Shown here: positions 49,444 to 58,721 of the stretch, one piece after another
How positions within the stretch are numbered: position 1 is the stretch's first letter
Layout of the letters: each line of letters begins with the position of its first letter
Assembly (NCBI GenBank): GCA_963833225.1
Contig: CAWHXD010000019.1
Span: 192,001 to 256,000 of the forward strand
From: an uncultured Chloroflexia bacterium
GTDB taxonomy: Bacteria; Chloroflexota; Limnocylindria; Limnocylindrales; CSP1-4
Reading direction: 5' to 3'
Length of the DNA stretch: 64,000 nucleotides
Notes under the pieces: model-generated
What the model was told of the DNA's origin: nothing
The model's database searches: none
Seen by the model: the letters and a program-made list of their open reading frames with translations, nothing else
Position numbers and translations under genes: made by a program

Positions 49444-49856
49444 CGGGGGACCTCCTCCGCCCGCGCGCCCGAATCGCGATCCTCGCCGACGACCTCATCT
49501 GGTCCACGCGCCTCGCCGACGGCGTCCGTCGCCTTGGCGGCCAGCCGATCAGCGTGCGCTCCCTCGACGCCCTGGCCGGGGCCCTCCCGGCGGCAGACGG
49601 GTGTGTCGTGGACCTCACGGCCCGCGCCTACGACGGGCTGGCCGCGCTCGGGGCGTCACGGCACGCTGGGGTGCCGTCGATCGCCGTGGGGCAGCATGAC
49701 GACGCCGCCATGCGCCGGTCCGCGCTGGACGCGGGCGCGGCACGCGTCTACGCCTACCGCGCCCTGTTCGAGCAGGGAGACCGTCTGCTGGGCGGCTGGA
49801 TCGAAGCGCTTGGTGCAGATGCGGCCGGGCCACCCCCCGCCGGGGCAGAGGCGTGA
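49440..49856 (+). CDS. Receiver-fold-like hypothetical protein
   Basis: ILADDLIWSTRL..VVDL..GQH..AGA pattern; GTGA-coupled on both sides. Confidence 0.55.
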   Translation: MTGDLLRPRARIAILADDLIWSTRLADGVRRLGGQPISVRSLDALAGALPAADGCVVDLTARAYDGLAALGASRHAGVPSIAVGQHDDAAMRRSALDAGAARVYAYRALFEQGDRLLGGWIEALGADAAGPPPAGAEA

Positions 49857-51016
49857 CGCGCGGCATCCCCGCGGACCGGTATCCGGAGCGGCTGGCAAGG
49901 GCGCGCCGCGAGGCGGCAACGGCCGGCCTCGATGCGCTGCTCATTGGCGTGGGCGCGGACCTGCGGTATCTCGCCGGCTACGAGGCGCTGCCGCTCGAGC
50001 GGCTCACGCTGCTCGTGCTGCCAACCGGCGAGGGTGCCCCGGCCATGCTGGTCGCCCCGCGGCTGGAGGCGAGCCCGGCCCGCGGGTGCGCCGCGGTGGT
50101 CGCGGGCGCCGTGGCGGTGTCGACCTGGGAGGAGACCGAGGACCCGATGCGGCTCGTCGCAGCCCACCTTGGGAGCGCCACCGGCCGACCGGTGGCGAGC
50201 CTGTCGGTCGCGGTGTCGGACGGGCTGCGGGCCGCGTTCGTGCTCGGACTCCAGCGGGCGCTCCCCGGCGCCCGGTTCTCGCTGACCTCCGCGGTCCTGC
50301 GGGCGCTCCGGATGCGCAAGGACACCGACGAGGTCGCCCTGCTCCGCCTCGCCGCCCAGGCTGCCGACCGTGTGGTTGCCGCCGTGTCGGGTGGGCGGCT
50401 CGTCGGACGAACGGAGGCGGACGTCGCCCGCGAGGTCCGGGACCGGCTCGTGGCCGAGGGGCACGACCAGGCCGAGTTCTGGATCGTGGCCTCCGGTCCC
50501 AACAGCGCCTCCCCGCATCACGACCCCGGTGAGCGGCTGATCGGCGCCGGCGAGCCGATCGTGATCGACATCGGGGGCACCCTGCGCGGTTACGGTTCCG
50601 ACATCACTCGGACGATCTGGGTGGCGGGTCCGTCGGACATCGGTCCCGACGACGGCTTCCGGACCCTGTACGCGGTGCTCCAGGCGGCGCAGGCCGCTGC
50701 GACGGCCGCCGTCCGTCCCGGTGTCGCCTGCGAGGTCATCGACGAGGAGGCGCGCCGGCGGATCACGGAAGCAGGATACGGGCCGCGGTTCATCCACCGG
50801 ACCGGGCACGGCATCGGGCTGGAGGGGCACGAGGATCCCTACCTGGTGGCCGGCAATCGCGAGCTCCTCGCCACCGGGATGGCGTTCAGCGTGGAGCCCG
50901 GGATCTACATCGAGGACCGGTACGGCGCGCGGATCGAGGACATCGTGATCTGCGGGGACGAGGGCCCGATCGTGCTCAACGAGCTGCCGCGGGACCTGCT
51001 CGTCGTGCCGGGCTGA
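49853..51016 (+). CDS. Xaa-Pro peptidase (M24)
   Basis: SPHH, DIGG, SDITRT, HRTGHGIGLEGHE, VEPGIY, RIEDI. Confidence 0.92.
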   Translation: MTRGIPADRYPERLARARREAATAGLDALLIGVGADLRYLAGYEALPLERLTLLVLPTGEGAPAMLVAPRLEASPARGCAAVVAGAVAVSTWEETEDPMRLVAAHLGSATGRPVASLSVAVSDGLRAAFVLGLQRALPGARFSLTSAVLRALRMRKDTDEVALLRLAAQAADRVVAAVSGGRLVGRTEADVAREVRDRLVAEGHDQAEFWIVASGPNSASPHHDPGERLIGAGEPIVIDIGGTLRGYGSDITRTIWVAGPSDIGPDDGFRTLYAVLQAAQAAATAAVRPGVACEVIDEEARRRITEAGYGPRFIHRTGHGIGLEGHEDPYLVAGNRELLATGMAFSVEPGIYIEDRYGARIEDIVICGDEGPIVLNELPRDLLVVPG

Positions 51017-51139
51017 CGATGACGGTGATCAGCGGCCCGGGGTATCATCCGCCGATCGGCCGAGCCCCCGGTCGACGCCAGAGCCTCTGTTCATGACCTT
51101 CCCTCCCGAGCGGGTCGGCAACCCGCGGTTTGACGGCTG

Positions 51140-51880
51140 ATGAGCCGTCGCAACCGGCACGCCAGGCATCAGCACCAGGCCCCAGCCCCGCGACCTCGTC
51201 CCACGAGTCCGGCCGGAGATCGGTCCGGCGCGCCCGCCGAGGGCCCCTCGGATGTGCGGCCCGAGGCGCGCGTGGAGCTGCGCGCGGACCAGCGCGTGGA
51301 GCTGCGCGCGGACCAGCGCGCGGATCCGCGTGGCGAGGCACCCGCCCAGGACGTTGCCTCCCTGGAGGCGGCTCCCCAGCCAGCCGCACAACGGGACGGC
51401 GTCGCGCTGGGTGACAACGGGCTCAAGCCGGACACGCATGGTCCGGCGATCGTGATGCGCGAGCGGCGCCGGGATCCGCAACCGCGACCGGCCGCCACCG
51501 GCCCCGCCGTCGCGGCCGCGGCGGCCCTGGCCGCGCCCGCCGGTCCGCCGGTGGACGTCGGCCGTGACGGTCAGGGTCGCGGCGACGCGGAGATCGCGCG
51601 CCCGACGTGCACCGTCGCCCAGCTGCGCCGGTTCATCAAGAGTCGCCCGTGGATCCCCCTCCACGAGCTCCGCCGCCGCTTCGGGATCTCCGGTGGGGAT
51701 GACGATGTCAGCCCCATGCGCGTGGGCGACCACCAGCTGTTCATCGGCCTGCCCCTGCCCGAGAGCCGCCTCGTGGCGGAGCTGCTCGCCGGGGGCGACG
51801 TGGGGTACGAGCTGAGCCTGGATCCGGGCGCGCCGATCGTGGTCGGGGTGTATCCGATGCGCCCGGTGCCCAGGGGCTGA
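51140..51880 (+). CDS. Hypothetical protein: disordered N-terminus, compact C-terminal domain
   Basis: Fills gap between genes; RVELRADQ x2 repeat; C-terminal QLRRFIKSRPWIPLHELRRRFG; start uncertain. Confidence 0.55.
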   Translation: MSRRNRHARHQHQAPAPRPRPTSPAGDRSGAPAEGPSDVRPEARVELRADQRVELRADQRADPRGEAPAQDVASLEAAPQPAAQRDGVALGDNGLKPDTHGPAIVMRERRRDPQPRPAATGPAVAAAAALAAPAGPPVDVGRDGQGRGDAEIARPTCTVAQLRRFIKSRPWIPLHELRRRFGISGGDDDVSPMRVGDHQLFIGLPLPESRLVAELLAGGDVGYELSLDPGAPIVVGVYPMRPVPRG

Positions 51881-51884
51881 CGGG

Positions 51885-53714
51885 TCAGGCCGGGGCGTCG
51901 TACGCCTTGGCGAGCGGCTCCACGGTGGGCGCCTTGGTCCGCAGGTCGCGCAGGGCCGCCTGGTCCATGCTTGCGAGCCGCGGCAGGTCCGGTTGGTTGC
52001 TCCGCAGCAACCGCTCGGTGAGCGTGGACAGCAGCAGCTTGCTGACCTCCGGGACCTCCATCACGGCCCGCAGCGCGTCGGCCGGGACCTCCAGCAGCGT
52101 GCTGTCGCGGGTGGTCACCACGTCGGCCGTGCGGGGTGACCCGGTGAGGGCGGCGATCTCGCCGAAGAAGTCGCCGGCGCCCATCGTCGACAGACCCCGG
52201 TATCCGCCCTCGGTATCCGGGATGCCCGCCGCCGCCTCGCCGTCGAGGATGAAGTAGGCCGTGGTGGCCTTGTCGCCCTGGGCGACGAGCCGGGTGCCCG
52301 CTGCCACATCACGCACCTGCGCCTGGCGCACGAACGCGGCACGCTGCGGATCCGACAGGCGGGTGAAGGTGGCGAGCCGTCCGACCAGCAGGCCGAAGTC
52401 CGCCATCGTCGCCGGTCGCACCAGCGCCGGGGCCGCGACCTCGCTCGGGGCAACTCGCAGGGCCGTGAGGGCTCGCCGCCACTCCACCGCCGGACGCCCG
52501 ACGCCCGGGGCGACGAGGGAGGCCAGGGCGACGACCACGAGGATTGCCGATGAGAGCACCAGCATGAGCCGGACGTCGATGAAGTCCGCCAGCCCGGCCC
52601 CCGCCATGCCGGCGAGGAAGATGACGTCGCGCATCACGAACAGGGCAGAGAACACGCGGCCGCGGAGCTCGCGCGGCGTGTGCCGCTGGAGAAGCGTCTG
52701 GCGGGCAACCCCCGCGGGCGAGTTGAAGAAGCCGCTCATCATCACGAACACGATCGCGACCCCGATGACCGGCGAGAACGCGTACAGGGCGCCCGCGATG
52801 CCCATGCCCATCGTGCCCACGAAGACCCACAGCCCGATCTGCAGGCGACCGGCATACCTGGCCATGAACAGCCAGCCGATCACGAAGCCAACGGAGGTCA
52901 GGCCCTCCTGGATGCCGTACTCGAACGCCGTGGCGCCAAGGACCTTGATGGCCATCGGCAGCAGCAGGACGTTCCACAGGCCGAACGCGAAGAACACCGG
53001 CGCGCTCAGCAGGAACAGCGACCGCAGCATCGGGATCTCGGCGATGGTCCGGACCCCGATCTTGAGGTTGGCGATGACCACGCCGACCGAGGTCTCCTCG
53101 TCGGGCTTGTCCATCTTGATCCGCACCCGCATCAGGGAGATGCAGGCGGCCGAGAACACGAAGGTCAGCGAGTCGATCCAGAACGCCAGCCGGATGTCGA
53201 TGGCGGCCAGGAGGCCGGCGCCCGCGAAGCCGATGGCCGTCGAGCCGAACGAGGCGATCTGGAGGAACGCGTTGGCCGCGGTCAGCTCCTCGTCGCTCGC
53301 GATCTCCGGGATCAGGGCCTCGTAGGCAGGGTCGAAGAACTGCTTCACGCCCGCGTTGACGAGGATGGCCGCGAACAGCAGCGTGATGTCCAGCCCGAAC
53401 AGGAACGGGACCATCGCGACGACGACGCCCTGCAGCAGGTTGCTCGCCATCATCACCCTGCGCCGGTCCCAGCGGTCGACGAACACGCCGGCGATCAGCC
53501 CCACGGTGAGGCTCGGCACCGCGGTGGCCATGAGGGTGAGGCCGACGGCCAGGGCCGACCCGGTCTGGTCGAAGACATAGATGGCGGCCGCGAGATCGGT
53601 CAGCGACGAGCCGGCGGTGGAGACCAGCCGGGCCAGCCACATCAGGACGAAGTCGCGGCGCTTGAACACCGCCGTCGATGAGATCGCTGCCGGCGAGGCG
53701 GACTGTTCGCTCAT
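51885..53714 (-). CDS. MFS transporter (DHA3-like) fused to C-terminal cNMP-binding domain
   Basis: GVFVDRWDRRR motif A; GDFFGEIAAL..PRTADV. Confidence 0.88.
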   Translation of the reverse strand: MSEQSASPAAISSTAVFKRRDFVLMWLARLVSTAGSSLTDLAAAIYVFDQTGSALAVGLTLMATAVPSLTVGLIAGVFVDRWDRRRVMMASNLLQGVVVAMVPFLFGLDITLLFAAILVNAGVKQFFDPAYEALIPEIASDEELTAANAFLQIASFGSTAIGFAGAGLLAAIDIRLAFWIDSLTFVFSAACISLMRVRIKMDKPDEETSVGVVIANLKIGVRTIAEIPMLRSLFLLSAPVFFAFGLWNVLLLPMAIKVLGATAFEYGIQEGLTSVGFVIGWLFMARYAGRLQIGLWVFVGTMGMGIAGALYAFSPVIGVAIVFVMMSGFFNSPAGVARQTLLQRHTPRELRGRVFSALFVMRDVIFLAGMAGAGLADFIDVRLMLVLSSAILVVVALASLVAPGVGRPAVEWRRALTALRVAPSEVAAPALVRPATMADFGLLVGRLATFTRLSDPQRAAFVRQAQVRDVAAGTRLVAQGDKATTAYFILDGEAAAGIPDTEGGYRGLSTMGAGDFFGEIAALTGSPRTADVVTTRDSTLLEVPADALRAVMEVPEVSKLLLSTLTERLLRSNQPDLPRLASMDQAALRDLRTKAPTVEPLAKAYDAPA

Positions 53715-53922
53715 GCCGAGCGTCCCCGTCGCGCCCGCTGCACCAGTGCTCCTCCCGCCGTTGCCGCTCACGTGAGCCGGCGTCGCGGACGATCGAAGCC
53801 CGGGACGCGTGGCCTGGCGCGCAGTGTACGACGGGGCTTCCGACGATTCGCCCCGGTTCCGCACGGGCGACCCGGGATGGCGCGGGCGGTGCGGGTGTCA
53901 CGCGGTCTCACCCGGGCGGCTG

Positions 53923-54498
53923 TCAGATCCCCGACATCCGGCCCCCGGACAACCGGACCCCCTCCAGGGCCAGGAGCTCGCGCTTGAGCTCCAGGGCCGC
54001 CTCGCGACCACCCCATGCCGCCACCCCGTACCCGCCCAGGCTGCCGTCACCGGCGATCACCCGGTGGCAGGGGACCAGGAGGCCGACCGGGTTGCGGCCA
54101 ACGGCGCCGCCCACGGCCCGTGCAGCCCCCGGGCGCCCGATCCGTCGCGCGATCTCGCCGTAGCTCGCCGTGGTCCCGCGCGGGATCGCCCGGACCGCGT
54201 CGAGGACGAGCCGGTCCCAGGCGGGGCGGTCGGCGATGTCGATCGGCAGTGCGGCCAGGTCGACGGGCTCGCCGGCCAGCATCTCGCGCACCCTGTCGGC
54301 GGCCTCGCCGGCCAGGCTCCCGGCCACGGGCCCCGCTCGCTCCGGATCCACCACCAGCCCTCGCCGGCGGAGGCCCGCTTCGAACGAGTCCCTCGGCCCA
54401 AGCAGCTCCACGGCCGCCACGCCCCGGTCGGTCGCGGCGACGCGCACCGGCCCGTGCTCCCAAGGCATGTGAACCGCGCTGACGAATGCATAGAACAT
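53923..54498 (-). CDS. ogt: Methylated-DNA-protein-cysteine methyltransferase
   Basis: SYGEIA, ARAVG, PCHRV; start uncertain (54498 or 54468). Confidence 0.9.
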   Translation of the reverse strand: MFYAFVSAVHMPWEHGPVRVAATDRGVAAVELLGPRDSFEAGLRRRGLVVDPERAGPVAGSLAGEAADRVREMLAGEPVDLAALPIDIADRPAWDRLVLDAVRAIPRGTTASYGEIARRIGRPGAARAVGGAVGRNPVGLLVPCHRVIAGDGSLGGYGVAAWGGREAALELKRELLALEGVRLSGGRMSGI

Positions 54499-54514
54499 AT
54501 TCACGATGCAATAG

Positions 54515-54543
54515 TTGCATACAGCGCTGGGTAGTGGCACACT
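54515..54543 (+). promoter_or_regulatory. Putative promoter of the lysine operon
   Basis: TTGCAT-17bp-CACACT with upstream TG. Confidence 0.5.
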
Positions 54544-54552
54544 CCGCAGGCC

Positions 54553-54636
54553 ATGTCACACCTCAACCTCGTCACCTTCGACGCCAAGAAGAAGCCTTGG
54601 TGGCCCAGCCGGGAGGCTCGGGCCCAGGGGCTCTGA
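54553..54636 (+). CDS. Putative leader peptide MSHLNLVTFDAKKKPWWPSREARAQGL
   Basis: AAG AAG AAG at 54586-54594 directly upstream of dap/lys genes; overlaps alternative hairpins. Confidence 0.65.
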   Translation: MSHLNLVTFDAKKKPWWPSREARAQGL

Positions 54637-54657
54637 CGGCGCGCGAGCGACGACGAA

Positions 54658-54683
54658 CGGAGCCTCCGGGACCGGAGGCTCCG
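54658..54683 (+). promoter_or_regulatory. Attenuator-like hairpin (3:4)
   Basis: CGGAGCCTCCG-ggac-CGGAGGCTCCG; 5' arm also complementary to GGAGGCTC in the leader; no U-tract. Confidence 0.6.
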
Positions 54684-54778
54684 AAGGGGCCGCGAACACC
54701 ACGTCGGTGATCGCGGCTCTTGTGATTCTCGGACCTCCGGACCCGCGGCTCCCACCTGCGGAAAGGATGTCATCACCC

Positions 54779-55549
54779 ATGGAGCTTCTGATCTACGGGC
54801 CCGGCCGGCTCGGTGGGGCGATCGCGGGCGCTGCCGGAGATGACGGTTGGACGGCGATCCTGGTCGGCCGCCTTGCGCCCGGGGCGACCCGGGCGCCCGC
54901 ACCCCGCGCCGACGTCGTCGTCGAGGCGTCGGTGGGGACCGCGGTCGTGGACAACCTCGGTCACGCGCTCGCCGCCGGCAACCGGCGCCTCGTGCTCGCG
55001 GCCAGCGCCTGGGACGCGGACATCGCCCGCGTCCGCTCGCTGCTCCTCGAGCACGGCGCCGCGGCGGTGGTCGCGCCCAACCTGGCGCTTGGCGCCGCGC
55101 TGTTCCTGCGACTGGCCGAGCACGCCGCGGCCATGTATGCCCGGGCGGGCTTCGAGCCGTCCATCGTCGAGTGGCACCGCCGTGGCAAGGCCGATCGCCC
55201 GTCGGGGACGGCACGGGCGATCGCGCGCCGGGTCACCGCCGTGGACGCGCGCTGGGCCACGCCCGACGCCGAGGGCGACGCTCGTCCGGCGCTCGAGGTC
55301 ATCGGTGTGCGGGCCGGCTCGGCCCCCGGGACCCACCTCGTGACCTTCGACGGTCCGGGGGAAAGCGTGGAGCTGCGACTCACCGCCCGGGACCGGCAGG
55401 CCTACGCCGATGGTGCCCTCGCCGCCGCGCGCTGGCTCGTCCGCGAGGATCGCGGTCCTGGACTGCATCCCTTCGACGCGGTCGTGGACGACCTTCTCGC
55501 GACCGGGCCCGCCCGTTCCAGCGCCATCGCCTCCGCCTGGCCGCTCTGA
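54779..55549 (+). CDS. dapB: 4-hydroxy-tetrahydrodipicolinate reductase
   Basis: GPGRLG, APNLALG, EWHRRGKADRPSGTA, GTHLV. Confidence 0.82.
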   Translation: MELLIYGPGRLGGAIAGAAGDDGWTAILVGRLAPGATRAPAPRADVVVEASVGTAVVDNLGHALAAGNRRLVLAASAWDADIARVRSLLLEHGAAAVVAPNLALGAALFLRLAEHAAAMYARAGFEPSIVEWHRRGKADRPSGTARAIARRVTAVDARWATPDAEGDARPALEVIGVRAGSAPGTHLVTFDGPGESVELRLTARDRQAYADGALAAARWLVREDRGPGLHPFDAVVDDLLATGPARSSAIASAWPL

Positions 55550-55583
55550 CCAGCCGGCCCAATCCACCTCCAGGAGACCCGAC

Positions 55584-56565
55584 ATGACTCGCCTCGCCAG
55601 ATCCACCGTAGACCGCACGCCCCGGCTCCGGGGTGCCTTCACGGCCCTCGTGACGCCGTTCACCGACGACGGCACGCTCGATGAGGCCGCGTACCGTGCG
55701 CCTGGTCGCGTGGCAGGTCATGGCCGGCATCGACGGCCTCGTCCCCGTCGGCACCACCGGCGAGTCGCCGACGCTGACCGCCGCCGAGCGTGATCGGTGC
55801 ATCGAGATCGCCGTGCAGACCGCTGCCGAGCGCTCCGGCGACCGGTTCGTGCCCGTGATCGCGGGGACGGGCTCCAACGACACGCGGGCCTCGATCGACG
55901 CCACCCGCCGGGCCGCGGCGCTGGGCGCCGATGCCGCGCTCGTCGTCACGCCCTACTACAACAAGCCCGACCAGCGGATGCTCGATGCCCATTTCCGCGC
56001 GATCGCCGACGATGGCGACCTCCCGATCGTCGTGTACAACGTGCCCGGCCGCACGGGCGCCAACGTCGAGGCCGACACGTTCCTGCGGCTCGCGGAGCAC
56101 CCGCGGGTGATCGCCGTCAAGGAGGCCAGCGCCAACATCGAGCAGATCGCCGTGATCTGCCGCGACCGTCCGCGCGACGTGGCGGTGCTCTCCGGCGACG
56201 ACGCGGCCACGCTGGCGATCCTCGCGATGGGTGGCGACGGTGTGATCTCGGTCGCGAGCAACCAGGTCCCGGGCGAGGTTTCGGCCATGGTCCGGTCCTG
56301 GCACGCGGGCGACCCCGCGATCACGCGCCGGATCCACGACCGGTTTCTGCCGCTGTTCCGGGCCAACTTCCAGGGCGCTCCCAACCCGGTCCCGGCCAAG
56401 GCCGCCCTGCTGGCGATGGGCCTGCTCGACCGTGACGCTACCCGGGCGCCGTTGCTGCCGCTGGCCGACGCGCCCAGGGACCGGCTCGTCGCGCTGCTCC
56501 GGGCGCTTGGGCTGGTGGCCGGTGGCGGACGGCAGGCGGGCGTTGCCGGCGAGGTGGCCGCATGA
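55584..56565 (+). CDS. dapA: 4-hydroxy-tetrahydrodipicolinate synthase, frameshift ~55695
   Basis: TALVTPF, GTTGES, PYYNKP, YNVPGRTG, VKEAS. Confidence 0.9.
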
Positions 56566-57347
56566 CCGCCGCCCCGGTCACGATCGCCGCGTCGATCCTC
56601 GACGACCTCGACGGCGGGCGCCGACGTGCCGCCCTCCCCGACCCGGACGCACCTGGCGGCTGGCGCACGGATCCCGAGGTCAAGGCCGCCATCCTCGCCT
56701 GCTTCCACGACCGGGAGACCGTCGCGTGGGACCTCGGTGACGTGCTTCGCTTCCGGGACCGCGCCGGGCTCCCGGTCAAGGACCTGCTCGCCGGTCCGTG
56801 GCGCGTGGTGCCCGGTGGGACCTCGGTCCGGGCCGGCGCGTACCTCGCCCCGGGTGTCGTCATCATGCCGCCCTCGTTCGTGAACGTCGGCGCCTGGATC
56901 GGCGAGGACACCATGGTCGACTCGCACGTGCTGGTCGGCTCGTGTGCCCAGATCGGCGCAGGGGTCCACCTCTCGGCGGGCGTCACGATCGGCGGCGTGC
57001 TGGAGCCCGCCGGCGCGCGGCCGGTCATCGTGGAGGACGGCGCCTTCGTCGGGGCCGGGTCGGCGCTGCTCGAGGGCGTGCTCGTGGGGGCCGGCGCGGT
57101 CATCGGGGCCGGCGTGACCCTGACCGGGACCTCTCGCGTCTACGACCTCGTGCGCGGGCGGGTCCTGGCCGGCACGCCGGAGGCGCCCCTCGCGATCCCC
57201 CCGGGCGCCGTGATCGTGCCCGGGTCGCGCGCGCTCGAGGGCGAGTTCGCCGCCGCCAGCGGCCTGTCCGTGTCGGTGGCCCTGCTGGTCAAGGACCGGG
57301 ATGCCGGCACCGACGCCCGGGTCTCGCTCGAGGACGCGCTGCGATGA
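56562..57347 (+). CDS. dapD: Tetrahydrodipicolinate N-succinyltransferase
   Basis: MPPSFVNVGA, VGSCAQIG, GGVLEP hexapeptide repeats. Confidence 0.88.
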   Translation: MTAAPVTIAASILDDLDGGRRRAALPDPDAPGGWRTDPEVKAAILACFHDRETVAWDLGDVLRFRDRAGLPVKDLLAGPWRVVPGGTSVRAGAYLAPGVVIMPPSFVNVGAWIGEDTMVDSHVLVGSCAQIGAGVHLSAGVTIGGVLEPAGARPVIVEDGAFVGAGSALLEGVLVGAGAVIGAGVTLTGTSRVYDLVRGRVLAGTPEAPLAIPPGAVIVPGSRALEGEFAAASGLSVSVALLVKDRDAGTDARVSLEDALR

Positions 57348-58681
57348 GCCTGGTCCGCGATCCGGGACCGCCGCCGGCCCGCAACGAGATCCTCCGGGGT
57401 GGGCGCCTGGGCGGGCAGGATCCGGCGGCGCTCGCGGCACGCTTCGGGACGCCGTTCTACGCCTACGACCTCGACGTCGTGACGCGCCAGGTCGAGGCGC
57501 TCCGGGGGGCTCTCCCGCCGGACTTCGACCTCGCCTATGCGGTCAAGGCCAATCCCAACCTCGCCATCGTCCGGCATCTGGCGAGCCTCGGGCTGGGTGC
57601 CGACGTCGCCTCGGGCGGCGAGCTCCGGCACGCGCTCCGGGCAGGCGTCGAGCCGGCGAAGATCGTGCTCACCGGACCCGGCAAGCGCGACGAGGAGCTG
57701 CGGGCGGCCGTCGAGGCCGCGGTGCGGGTCGTGACCGTGGAGTCGCCGGGTGAGCTGCGGCGCCTGGCGTCCATCGCCGAAGCGCTGGGGCGGCGGCAGC
57801 CGGTGCTGCTCCGGGCCGCCGTGTCCGGGGCGGCGCGGCTGGAGCGCGTCCGGCTCGTGGGCGCCGACGGCGCGGGCAAGTTCGGCATGGACCAGGCGGA
57901 CCTGCGGGCCGCCGCGACCGAGGCGGTGGCTTCGCCGTGGCTGGAGCTGCTGGGGCTGCACGCGTTCGGCGCGTCCAACGTCACCGACGCCGCGGCCCTC
58001 GCCGGGCACGTCGAAGCGACGATCGACGCGGCGCTCGAGCTGGCCGCGTCGGCCGGGTTCGTGCTGCGGCTCGTCGATGCCGGCGGCGGCCTGGGCATCC
58101 CGTACGAGCACGACGGCGAGGCGCTCGACCTGGGTGGGCTCGGCCGGAGGCTGGCAGCGGCCGCCACGCGGCTCAACGCGTCGCCGTCCGGTCGTCGCGC
58201 CCGTGTCCTGCTGGAGCCGGGACGGTTCCTGGTGGGTGCGGCCGGTGCCTACGTCGCGCGCGTCGTCGACCGCAAGATCGTCGGGGGCCATCACGTGGTG
58301 ATCGTCGACGGGGGCATCCACCACGTCCTGCGGCCCGTGCTCGTCGGGCAGGAGCATCGGCTGCGCGTGCTCAGCGGTCAGGCCTCCTGGGCGCCGACCT
58401 CGGCCACCACGCAGCGGTTCCCGGTCACCGTCGCCGGCCCGCTGTGCTCCGGCCTGGACGTGTTCGCCCGGGAGACCGTGATGGCGCTCCCGGACGTGGG
58501 CGACCTCGTGGGCGTCCTCGACGTGGGGGCGTACGGGGCCACGGAGTCGATGCCGTTCTTCCTGTCGCATCCGCTCCCCGCGGAAGTGGCGCTTCGGAGC
58601 GGCGAGGCGTGGGCCGCGCGGCCGCGCGTGGACCCTGAGGCATGGCTTGCCGCGCAGGTGGGGGAACCGCCGACAGGCTGA
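57344..58681 (+). CDS. lysA: Diaminopimelate decarboxylase
   Basis: [29 protein letters not shown]; operon context. Confidence 0.78.
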   Translation: MSLVRDPGPPPARNEILRGGRLGGQDPAALAARFGTPFYAYDLDVVTRQVEALRGALPPDFDLAYAVKANPNLAIVRHLASLGLGADVASGGELRHALRAGVEPAKIVLTGPGKRDEELRAAVEAAVRVVTVESPGELRRLASIAEALGRRQPVLLRAAVSGAARLERVRLVGADGAGKFGMDQADLRAAATEAVASPWLELLGLHAFGASNVTDAAALAGHVEATIDAALELAASAGFVLRLVDAGGGLGIPYEHDGEALDLGGLGRRLAAAATRLNASPSGRRARVLLEPGRFLVGAAGAYVARVVDRKIVGGHHVVIVDGGIHHVLRPVLVGQEHRLRVLSGQASWAPTSATTQRFPVTVAGPLCSGLDVFARETVMALPDVGDLVGVLDVGAYGATESMPFFLSHPLPAEVALRSGEAWAARPRVDPEAWLAAQVGEPPTG

Positions 58682-58703
58682 ATGCCACTCGAGCAGGGCG
58701 CGG

Positions 58704-58721
58704 TATACTCCCCCCTAGTAT
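58704..58721 (+). promoter_or_regulatory. CsoR-type operator overlapping -10 box and start codon of copA
   Basis: ATACT-CCCCCCT-AGTAT (inverted repeat around a C-tract); TATACT -10. Confidence 0.65.

Noticed and set aside
54491-54505. LexA box upstream of ogt
   Set aside because: Only the GAAC half-site matches GAAC-N4-GTTC.
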